Below, one piece after another: positions 56,731-64,000 of a stretch of DNA of 64,000 nucleotides. Every line of letters starts with the position of its first letter. The first letter of the stretch is position 1. Made by a program: the position numbers and the translations under genes. The stretch lies in the NCBI RefSeq assembly GCF_055900595.2, contig NZ_CM148325.1; one strand, 5' to 3'. Under the pieces are notes generated by a model that was not told where the DNA came from, made no database searches, and saw only the letters and a program-made list of their open reading frames with translations.

Positions 56731-56979
56731 ATGCGTATTGAAATCTGTATCGCTAAAGAAAAATTCAGTAAAATGCCAAAAGGCTCTGTACCTGCTCTAC
56801 AACAGGAAATGTCTAGCCGTATCAGAAAACGATATGACGATGTGGAGGTTATAGTAAAATCCGCCAGTAATGACGGACTGACCATTTTAAGAGCCGTAGA
56901 TAAAGAAAACGCTCAGAAGTTCATACAGGAAACGCTGCAGGAAGTCTGGGAAACTGCTGATGACTGGTTTTTTCACTAA
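56731..56979 (+). CDS. DinI-family DNA-damage-inducible protein (prophage-borne)
   Basis: 82 aa; [16 protein letters not shown]...[14 protein letters not shown] resembles DinI (MRIEV...WESADDWF); GAGGG RBS. Confidence 0.75.
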   Translation: MRIEICIAKEKFSKMPKGSVPALQQEMSSRIRKRYDDVEVIVKSASNDGLTILRAVDKENAQKFIQETLQEVWETADDWFFH

Positions 56980-57362
56980 TCAGGACGTCAAATAAATAAC
57001 AACTGTAATTATTCTCTCCAAATTAACAATCTCTGTATACATACTCAGGCGTGTTCACGCATACAACACGCCTTTCTGATATTTAATTGTTTACAGAAAT
57101 ATTGCCGAATAAAAATATAAACCATAGTCTTAAAAAAATAATAATTCCACTATAGCTATCCCAGAACAACCAGTACAAATAATAAAAGACATATCACAGC
57201 AACACTCCACACTGACAGCGCAAAAATAAATGCCGCCTTTGTTATCTTCATATACAAGCAACCTGTCCTGATAATCACCAACTCATGTTTTATTCTTAAC
57301 CATTCGTCACAAATACAACAAAAAATAACAGCAGCAGCACCGATATCACAATATAAGATACA

Positions 57363-57818
57363 TTATTCAACACCTGAATCCCCCGCCGCTTCTCTCCCCT
57401 TTATAAAACGCCCCTTCCGGAATCCAGACCGCTGCAGTGCACGACGAAGATGACCGTATACCGTCTTGTCATTCTGCCCCGTCTCTTCTGTAATCTCCGC
57501 AATACTTAAACCTCTGTAATACCGGTTCAGTACCGCTCTGCGCTCTTCCAGCGTCAACACACCTCCGGCCGCTCTCAGATTCATCATCGACTTATTCAGA
57601 ATACAGCAGGCCTCTCCGGTAAAAAGAATACGAACAATATCTGTATACTCATCATCACAGAATACAAAATAATATCTGAATGACCTGCCTGACTGCACCC
57701 TTCTTCTGTCTGATATGGCATCTTCTATATATCTGATTCGACTGCTTACGGTTCCAAATATCTCTCGCAGGGCTTTTTCAAAATAAATATCTCTCGTCGC
57801 CAGGATTATATCCAGCAT
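57363..57818 (-). CDS. putative HTH regulator with sigma-70 region-4/LuxR-like C-terminus
   Basis: 151 aa; C-terminal LTLEERRAVLNRYYRGLSIAEITEETGQNDKTVYGHLRRALQR fits the region-4 HTH pattern; N-terminal part unassigned. Confidence 0.4.
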   Translation of the reverse strand: MLDIILATRDIYFEKALREIFGTVSSRIRYIEDAISDRRRVQSGRSFRYYFVFCDDEYTDIVRILFTGEACCILNKSMMNLRAAGGVLTLEERRAVLNRYYRGLSIAEITEETGQNDKTVYGHLRRALQRSGFRKGRFIKGREAAGDSGVE

Positions 57819-57836
57819 CTCTGTACCTCATTATAT

Positions 57837-57856
57837 CCCGGGGGACTCCCCCCGGG
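57837..57856 (-). terminator. GC-rich hairpin between the adhesin gene and the downstream regulator gene
   Basis: cccgggggactccccccggg inverted repeat; no clear U-run, so it may be an attenuator or processing structure rather than a terminator. Confidence 0.35.
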
Positions 57857-57879
57857 ACAGATATCTAAATCCTGACCTG

Positions 57880-59520
57880 TCAGAACTCAAAATTCACACC
57901 AGCATTCCACGATGCGGATGACCCACCTGCAGCAACTGCAACTTTTCCTGCCACATTCTCTGTGAAACGGTAGCCCACGCCCACCGCAATGGCCTGCTCA
58001 TCACGGTAACCACCAACGGCTGCTGTCGCGTTAAATTTTCCAACACTGTATGGCTGGAAAAGACCGGCCAGTGCCGCGCTCTGGGCTGCACTCTCCCTTA
58101 ACTCCTTCCGGTTCTCTTTAATCTGCTCCTGCATATTATTCATTCTCTCTGTCGCCATCTTCTGCCAGGCTTCCGTCAAATCCAGACGATGACTGTTATT
58201 CCTTATCGCTGCTGTATTTGAGGCTATTGCTGCATCCGTCTGCGCCACCGCTGCCGATGTGACTGCAATAATATCCCTGCTGAGTTCATCACGTACTGCT
58301 GTAACCTGACTGTCAGTATGAGCACGGGCATCTCTGTATACACCGCCTATCTCACCACGCAGACTGTCTCCCTCTGCCTTCAGTTCATCACGTACTGCTG
58401 TGACCTGACTGTCAGTATGAGCACGGGCATCTCTGTATACACCACCTATCTCACCACGCAGACTGTCTCCCTCTGCCTTCAGTTCATCACGTACTGCTGT
58501 GACCTGACTGTCAGTATGAGCACGGGCATCTCTGTATACACCGCCTATCTCACCACGCAGACTGTCTCCCTCTGCCTTCAGTTCATCACGTACTGCTGTG
58601 ACCTGACTGTCAGTATGAGCACGGGCATCTCTGTATACACCACCTATCTCACCACGCAGACTGTCTCCCTCTGCCTTCAGTTCATCACGTACTGCTGTGA
58701 CCTGACTGTCAGTATGAGCACGGGCATCTCTGTATACACCGCCTATCTCACCACGCAGACTGTCTCCCTCTGCCTTCAGTTCATCACGTACTGCTGTGAC
58801 CTGACTGTCAGTATGAGCACGGGCATCTCTGTATACACCACCTATCTCACCACGCAGACTGTCTCCCTGTGATTTCACTTCAACCCCAAGGTTGCGGGTA
58901 CGATTATCCAGCTCCACGACGAATTCTTTAACAGGGACTGTCTGAGCATTTCCGTCAGCCCTTCCGTCAGCAGTGATTCGGCCTGATGAATCCAGAACAA
59001 AATTCTGGCCTTCAACTACATTTTTATACAATGATGACAATCCCGATGTTGTATTACTAATTTTAATAAAATCCTCAGCGGTACCACCAGCATTAACAGC
59101 GGCGATATAATCATCCTTGTTTTCTGGCTTGATTATTTTTTGTAGTGATTCTTTTGTATCAACAATGGACTTTATATCTTCTGCTTTTATATTTCTGATG
59201 TTTTCGGCTTTTAATGCATCTGAGTAGATGGGGTAAGTTAGCAAATCCTGAGCAACAATATGCCTAGCATTCTCAGGAGCTGCTAATATAGCACGCGTAA
59301 TAGAATCATTCGGGACAATACGCCCTGTATTAGCTCCAGTAATAGTATTAATAAGATTAACATCATTACCTTTTGATATTACTGCCGCACCATTATCATA
59401 CAGAGTAACCTCATATCCATCTACATTAAAACTCTCTTCTGCCATAACCCCCACAGAGTAACATAACAGCGCACCGGTAACCGCCATTGCCAATACATTC
59501 TTTGCCATTATAAATTTCAT
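57880..59520 (-). CDS. YadA-like trimeric autotransporter adhesin (Eib-like), prophage-encoded
   Basis: 546 aa; signal peptide; C-terminus [62 protein letters not shown] matches the YadA membrane anchor; coiled-coil stalk with six 33-aa repeats. Confidence 0.8.
   Translation of the reverse strand: MKFIMAKNVLAMAVTGALLCYSVGVMAEESFNVDGYEVTLYDNGAAVISKGNDVNLINTITGANTGRIVPNDSITRAILAAPENARHIVAQDLLTYPIYSDALKAENIRNIKAEDIKSIVDTKESLQKIIKPENKDDYIAAVNAGGTAEDFIKISNTTSGLSSLYKNVVEGQNFVLDSSGRITADGRADGNAQTVPVKEFVVELDNRTRNLGVEVKSQGDSLRGEIGGVYRDARAHTDSQVTAVRDELKAEGDSLRGEIGGVYRDARAHTDSQVTAVRDELKAEGDSLRGEIGGVYRDARAHTDSQVTAVRDELKAEGDSLRGEIGGVYRDARAHTDSQVTAVRDELKAEGDSLRGEIGGVYRDARAHTDSQVTAVRDELKAEGDSLRGEIGGVYRDARAHTDSQVTAVRDELSRDIIAVTSAAVAQTDAAIASNTAAIRNNSHRLDLTEAWQKMATERMNNMQEQIKENRKELRESAAQSAALAGLFQPYSVGKFNATAAVGGYRDEQAIAVGVGYRFTENVAGKVAVAAGGSSASWNAGVNFEF
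58285..58875. repeat. six tandem copies of a 99-bp unit inside the adhesin gene
   Basis: Near-identical 99-bp units encoding [33 protein letters not shown]; successive copies alternate a synonymous ccgcc/ccacc difference, so the array is effectively 3 x 198 bp. Confidence 0.9.
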
Positions 59521-59955
59521 ATGGTATATCCTGTTAAGAAGATTAAACTGTAACCCCCCCTGAATAAGCAGGCGAGATTCTTTTCCAGGATACCTTTCAG
59601 AGTCACCACTGCATTGATTTTAACAATCAATACAGTTAACATGGAATTATAGGATAAATGCACCCCGATAAAACAATATGAGCGTTCTTGTCCCCATATG
59701 TCAGCAGAGCATTCAGATATAGCTGTCAGAATAACCGTTTCCTACATCAGTCATTCATCACAGACTCAATTGTGAATCAGTTCACCTTTTTTGCAATTCC
59801 TTTATTGATCGAAAGCAGTTAATCACAGAAATTAATTACCGGAGTGAAAGCATTTGCTATGTAAACATTCCCAGAAGACATCTTCATGTTGAATATTATT
59901 CCCTTATTGACTACACCCCTCTGACAGAATTTTCAGAGGGGTTTTTTTATCAGTT

Positions 59956-60531
59956 TCACCATCCAACCCTGTACGCCAGAATGGTTTCACTGTCACTCAG
60001 TTCTGCTATTGCCTTTTTCATCTCCCTTTGCCTTATATGTATTTCAAGGCCTTTCCTGAACATCGCTTTACCAGCAGCATCACTCAGGGATATCAGTTCA
60101 TCTGCCGTCATCGGTACATCATTATTCTCTGCGTCCGTCCAGAAAAATCCTTCCGGCAACACACCGCCTCTGGCCGCTGATGCCGACATTCCAAGACGTG
60201 TCATGGCTTCCTTTCCATAATCCCATTTCCGTCCTCTGTGCTCAAAAACATACCCTGACGCCTCCATCGCATCACGCCAGGCATTTATCTCCGCGTTTTT
60301 CATCCTGCGTGCTTCTTCCACAGCCATATCATCATTTGCCCGGTACTCACCTACCGGCCCTGCATCACCTCTTATGCAGGCTTCAAATATTTCACGACCG
60401 TAAGACTCAGGATCATCCGCACTTGCTGTAAATACACATTCTGTTTCCGCGTCTGAAAACTTCACTATACAGTTTATGGTCGTATGACCCCTGTCAGCCC
60501 ACACTGGTGACGTGATTTTATCGACCTTCAT
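59956..60531 (-). CDS. putative phage tail-fibre assembly chaperone
   Basis: 191-aa ORF immediately downstream of the tail-fibre gene (15-bp gap); pattern resembles DUF4376-type chaperones; assignment is mainly by position. Confidence 0.45.
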   Translation of the reverse strand: MKVDKITSPVWADRGHTTINCIVKFSDAETECVFTASADDPESYGREIFEACIRGDAGPVGEYRANDDMAVEEARRMKNAEINAWRDAMEASGYVFEHRGRKWDYGKEAMTRLGMSASAARGGVLPEGFFWTDAENNDVPMTADELISLSDAAGKAMFRKGLEIHIRQREMKKAIAELSDSETILAYRVGW

Positions 60532-60545
60532 TCATTTCTCCCCTG

Positions 60546-62396
60546 TCACCGTATTCTCTGAAACAGGCCCCAAATCGTCCCAATGATATTATTGACTGTC
60601 ATGTTAGTTGTGCATAACATCCATGTACCAAGCATATGATTGCCAAATAAAAAGCGGATATCTGTAAGTTTATCCGATGACGACGACACAATAACGGCCT
60701 GTCTGATACGATACCCGGGTATTTCACGGGTATTTGTTACCTCATGATTTCGTTCTATGATCCCCAGAACATAAGACCCCACGGAATAAACACTTCCGAC
60801 GCTCGCTGGCTGCCCCGGCTGTCCCTGCGGACCTGCCGGGCCGCGTGCACCTGTATCGCCCTTTAGTCCCTGAGGACCTGCCGGGCCGCGTTCACCTGTA
60901 TCCCCCTTTAGTCCCTGTGGACCTGCCGGACCGCGTTCACCTGTATCGCCCTTTGGTCCCTGTGGGCCACGCTCCCCCTGGGCTCCCAGCTCTTTCCATT
61001 CAGACCAGGGGCCATTACCGGTAAAATTACCAGTAACAGTTCTTACGAACTTTCGTGGTGGGTTCCAGGTTGTATATTCATGCTGGCAATATCCCCATGC
61101 ACCAACTCTTACCTGAAGATAACCCGCTCTCTGAATCGGATAATTATTTTCTCGTGTAGCCCCACTGTCTGATGGCTGATAATAATCACCCTGATCGGTC
61201 ACTCGTCCCAGTCGGTTCAGATCACCATTCAGCAGTTGTCCACGGGCTGACTCTCCTCTTGGTCCCTGAGGGCCTTCCGGACCACGTGCACCTGTTTCGC
61301 CCTTTGCTCCCTGTGGACCTGCCGGGCCGCGTTCACCTGTTTCACCTTTTGGTCCCTGTGGACCTGCCGGGCCGCGTTCACCTGTATCCCCCTTTAGTCC
61401 CTGTGGACCTGCCGGACCGCGTTCACCTGTTTCACCTTTTGGTCCCTGTGGTCCTGCCGGGCCGCGTTCACCTGTTTCACCCTTTGCTCCCTGTGGACCT
61501 TCCGGGCCACGTTCACCTGTATCGCCCTTTAGTCCCTGTGGACCTGCCGGACCGCGTTCACCTGTTTCACCTTTTGGTCCCTGTGGACCTCCCGGATCTC
61601 CTTTATCCCCCTTAGGGCCTTTTTCTCCTCGCTCACCCTTTTCTCCCTTCAGACCCTGAGGGCCTTCCGGACCACGTGCACCTGTTTCGCCCTTTGCTCC
61701 CTGTGGACCTGCCGGGCCGCGTTCACCTGTTTCACCTTTTGGTCCCTGTGGACCTGCCGGGCCGCGTGCACCTGTTTCACCCTTTGGTCCCTGAGGACCT
61801 GCCGGGCCGCGTTCACCTGTATCGCCCTTTAGTCCCTGTGGACCTGCCGGACCGCGTTCACCTGTTTCACCTTTTGGTCCCTGTGGTCCTGCCGGGCCAC
61901 GTGCTCCTGTTTCACCTTTTGGCCCCTGTGGCCCGGTAATGCCTCTTTCACCACGTGCGCCGGTATCCCCTTTCTCTCCTCGTGGTCCCCGGGCAGATGC
62001 AGCTCGTTTCCGGGCTTCCTCCGCCTCAGATGCCGCGGACTCTGCTCTGTGCAGTATGGACTGCACCACAGCCTCCAGCTCTGACAACGCCTTCGGATAA
62101 TAAGGAGCATCTTCCATCTCCATCAGAAATTTATTCAGTGTTCCCGGTGAAGAATCCTCCCTGACCACGATATCTCCCACATACGAAGGACGGTAACCTT
62201 CTGTATTGAGTGTCACCCTGTATATTCCTGGCTCCACATCCATACTGTAACTCCCCGTCTCTTCCGGCATGCCATAAGCCACTGTCGTGGCGATGACTGT
62301 CTCGCTGGTTCTCTTCGCTTTCAGCTCAATAATGCATCCCGGTACCGGTTTTCCGGTTCCGTCCCTCAGCACGCCTGAAATTTTTACAGCCGCCAT
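60546..62396 (-). CDS. phage side tail fibre with collagen-like G-X-Y repeats
   Basis: 616 aa; N-terminus [18 protein letters not shown]...IELKAKR resembles the lambda Stf N-terminal domain; two long G-X-Y blocks separated by an ~90-aa non-collagenous insert; globular C-terminal domain. Confidence 0.8.
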   Translation of the reverse strand: MAAVKISGVLRDGTGKPVPGCIIELKAKRTSETVIATTVAYGMPEETGSYSMDVEPGIYRVTLNTEGYRPSYVGDIVVREDSSPGTLNKFLMEMEDAPYYPKALSELEAVVQSILHRAESAASEAEEARKRAASARGPRGEKGDTGARGERGITGPQGPKGETGARGPAGPQGPKGETGERGPAGPQGLKGDTGERGPAGPQGPKGETGARGPAGPQGPKGETGERGPAGPQGAKGETGARGPEGPQGLKGEKGERGEKGPKGDKGDPGGPQGPKGETGERGPAGPQGLKGDTGERGPEGPQGAKGETGERGPAGPQGPKGETGERGPAGPQGLKGDTGERGPAGPQGPKGETGERGPAGPQGAKGETGARGPEGPQGPRGESARGQLLNGDLNRLGRVTDQGDYYQPSDSGATRENNYPIQRAGYLQVRVGAWGYCQHEYTTWNPPRKFVRTVTGNFTGNGPWSEWKELGAQGERGPQGPKGDTGERGPAGPQGLKGDTGERGPAGPQGLKGDTGARGPAGPQGQPGQPASVGSVYSVGSYVLGIIERNHEVTNTREIPGYRIRQAVIVSSSSDKLTDIRFLFGNHMLGTWMLCTTNMTVNNIIGTIWGLFQRIR

Positions 62397-62468
62397 ACTC
62401 GCTCCATAAAAAATAATCCCGCAAAATTGCGGGCGTCGTCATTCATTTACAATCGGGTGTTTTTATGA

Positions 62469-62714
62469 TTACTTCACGCACGAAACTTTCGTAAACATAT
62501 CTTCACTCACCCACTGACCATAAAATCTCGGAGCTGATACTTTATACACAGTGCCGCTTTTCGTTTCTATTTTCCCTGTAAGATCTACCGTATAAGCTCG
62601 CTGTAAAACCCCGGGACTCAGCACACCGGTGCACCGGACTCTCTCCGTAACGGAACGGTACCCCGCGCAACCTGATACAAGAAACAGCAAAAAAGTGCAG
62701 ACGATTATTTTCAT
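62469..62714 (-). CDS. small phage lipoprotein (possibly Cor-like superinfection-exclusion protein)
   Basis: 81 aa; signal peptide with lipobox LVSGC; lies between the tail genes and the tail fibre as cor genes do in some lambdoid phages. Confidence 0.4.
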   Translation of the reverse strand: MKIIVCTFLLFLVSGCAGYRSVTERVRCTGVLSPGVLQRAYTVDLTGKIETKSGTVYKVSAPRFYGQWVSEDMFTKVSCVK

Positions 62715-62735
62715 TACATGCCCTCAACATAACTA

Positions 62736-63398
62736 TCAGTACGCATCATAAATTTCTGCATTTATGTAATAACAGAGGTTATTAACAACACCTGAATTAT
62801 CATTGGGCGCCGCTACGTTATCTTCAGCAAAAGTTGACTGACGCCATAACTGTGAGTTTCTGGCATTAAAACTGGCGGTATACCAGTAATAACTCTCCCC
62901 TTCCTGAACTGTCGTCCACTGGGTACACCCCGGCATTACGGCCACATCATGTCCCACACTGATCGGTACATCCTTTTCCCATATTCGCGTCATTTTTACT
63001 TCCAGTGGCAGCATTTCCGTGTTCCAGACCACCCTGCCATGACTGTCGCACAACTGTATTCCCCATTGCGGCCATACATTCACCATGTTGGCAAAAACAT
63101 AAACAACATATGTGCTGTCCTGTTCCATGCCCGGCTCCTGCCCTGTACCAGCGCTGAAAATGTCATACTGCCAGGTACCGTTAAGCTGAACCATTTCACC
63201 ATGGAAGGACTGATTACCGCTTATCTGTTTAATAAAAATCACGCAACGATAATTCGTCGGCACCCCGGTGTCGATAAACTGCATCACCGCATCACGCGCA
63301 CTCAGTGTGAAATGAAAACGGCGCACAAGGTTCAGTGGCGGCGCAACAGGTGATATCCATTCTCTCCCCCGCTCATCAGTTAATTTAAGTGCAAACAT
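62736..63398 (-). CDS. hypothetical phage protein (220 aa)
   Basis: Intact ORF whose start codon overlaps the stop of the upstream gene; no family recognised. Confidence 0.45.
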   Translation of the reverse strand: MFALKLTDERGREWISPVAPPLNLVRRFHFTLSARDAVMQFIDTGVPTNYRCVIFIKQISGNQSFHGEMVQLNGTWQYDIFSAGTGQEPGMEQDSTYVVYVFANMVNVWPQWGIQLCDSHGRVVWNTEMLPLEVKMTRIWEKDVPISVGHDVAVMPGCTQWTTVQEGESYYWYTASFNARNSQLWRQSTFAEDNVAAPNDNSGVVNNLCYYINAEIYDAY

Positions 63399-63658
63399 CA
63401 GATCCCCCTTATCATGACCAGCACGGGTCTTAGCCAGCTTGTGTTGGCATAGTGCACTGTCCAGCCGGATACACTGGCACTGGTATGACTTCCCTGACCG
63501 TTAATCAGAATGGCCGGTGAACAGACTTCCAGACGCCAGCCCTGCAAAGGAGTATAAGAACGCTGCCCCGTCCCTTCAGTGATCACATCCAGCACCCCTG
63601 TTGGGTTTATTTCATGTGTCACAAGGCGCCCTTTGCGCCATACCCGGACTCCGAACAT
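63398..63658 (-). CDS. hypothetical phage protein (86 aa)
   Basis: Start ATG overlaps the upstream stop as TAATG at 63656-63660, and its own stop overlaps the next start. Confidence 0.4.
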   Translation of the reverse strand: MFGVRVWRKGRLVTHEINPTGVLDVITEGTGQRSYTPLQGWRLEVCSPAILINGQGSHTSASVSGWTVHYANTSWLRPVLVMIRGI

Positions 63659-64000
63659 TACAGTCTCCCCAGTCGTACTCTTAACACATTGTTATCGTCA
63701 TATACGTCGATTCGCTCGCCATTGAAAAACAGGCGGCCTGCGCCGGGCCTTCCTGAGTTAATTTCAAGGCTGCCGTTTCTTGATAAACGCCACCCCGGAC
63801 TACCGGAATGAAAATTATCTGACCGGATATCTCCCGTCACTCTGGCAAAATCCACGGTCAGTTTTTTCATGAAAACATCATTCATGAACAGCTGATCACC
63901 CTGAGCCACAAACAAAGGTGTTGTATTGCCATTTTCCGGGTTAATCATCACAATACGATCTGCCTGCATCAGGATCTGACTCTGAATTCCGTCAGACGTA
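63658..64000 (-). CDS. hypothetical phage protein, 5-prime partial (runs past the window edge)
   Basis: Reading frame stays open from 63658 to the window edge; the ATG at 63969 is internal. Confidence 0.4.
   Translation of the reverse strand, partial: TSDGIQSQILMQADRIVMINPENGNTTPLFVAQGDQLFMNDVFMKKLTVDFARVTGDIRSDNFHSGSPGWRLSRNGSLEINSGRPGAGRLFFNGERIDVYDDNNVLRVRLGRL

Larger units (their letters stand above)
55322..64000. mobile_element. end of a lambdoid-type prophage (accessory genes plus tail-fibre region), continuing beyond the window
   Basis: Begins where ompW homology stops; contains antirepressor, DinI-like, YadA-like adhesin, tail-fibre, assembly-chaperone and small coupled phage genes; AT-rich intergenic regions. 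Confidence 0.75.

Noticed and set aside
58318-58872. 184-aa plus-strand ORF with an internally repeated translation
   Set aside because: It is the antisense reading of the 99-bp tandem repeats in the adhesin gene; the repeat keeps an open frame on the opposite strand by construction, so this is not an independent gene.
58285-58875. Possible CRISPR array suggested by regularly spaced identical repeats
   Set aside because: The units are contiguous with no intervening unique spacers, are 99 bp long, and sit in-frame inside a coding sequence; no cas genes are nearby.
61172-61939. Plus-strand ORFs (147 aa and 87 aa) rich in Pro/Leu/Val/Asp repeats
   Set aside because: Antisense to the G-X-Y collagen-like repeats of the tail-fibre gene; repetitive low-complexity DNA yields spurious open frames.

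Overview
This window is an enterobacterial (Escherichia coli-like) chromosomal segment, collinear in reverse-complement orientation with the K-12 puuAP - ymjA - sapABCDF - fabI - yciW - rnb - pdeR - yciT - osmB - yciH - pyrF - lapBA - pgpB - ribA - acnA - cysB - topA - sohB - yciK - btuR - rluB - yciQ - yciO - trpH - trpLEDCBA - yciGFE - ompW region. All gene identities and the K-12 comparison are from reading the translations and from memory of the K-12 map; no database search was run. Four stretches are not explained by that backbone. (1) About 7.5 kb between sapF and fabI, where I recall K-12 having only ycjD, holds a tetR-family regulator followed by a co-directional operon for a membrane fusion protein, an AcrB/MexB-like RND pump, an OprM-like outer-membrane lipoprotein and an MFS transporter, with perfect palindromes upstream of both the regulator and the operon. 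(2) A low-GC three-gene operon between btuR and rluB encodes a lipoprotein and two small proteins I cannot assign to any family; this is my best candidate for an undescribed system. (3) yciQ is split into two overlapping reading frames, consistent with a single-base frameshift. (4) ompW is truncated to its last ~38 codons and is followed to the window edge by the end of a lambdoid-type prophage: an ORF6N-type antirepressor flanked by two related structured elements (one ending in 25 nt that I recall as the 3-prime end of ssrA tmRNA), a DinI-like gene with a LexA box, a sigma region-4-like regulator, a YadA-anchored trimeric autotransporter with six perfect 99-bp tandem repeats, a collagen-like tail fibre, a putative assembly chaperone and further small phage genes. 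No rRNA, canonical tRNA or CRISPR array was found.
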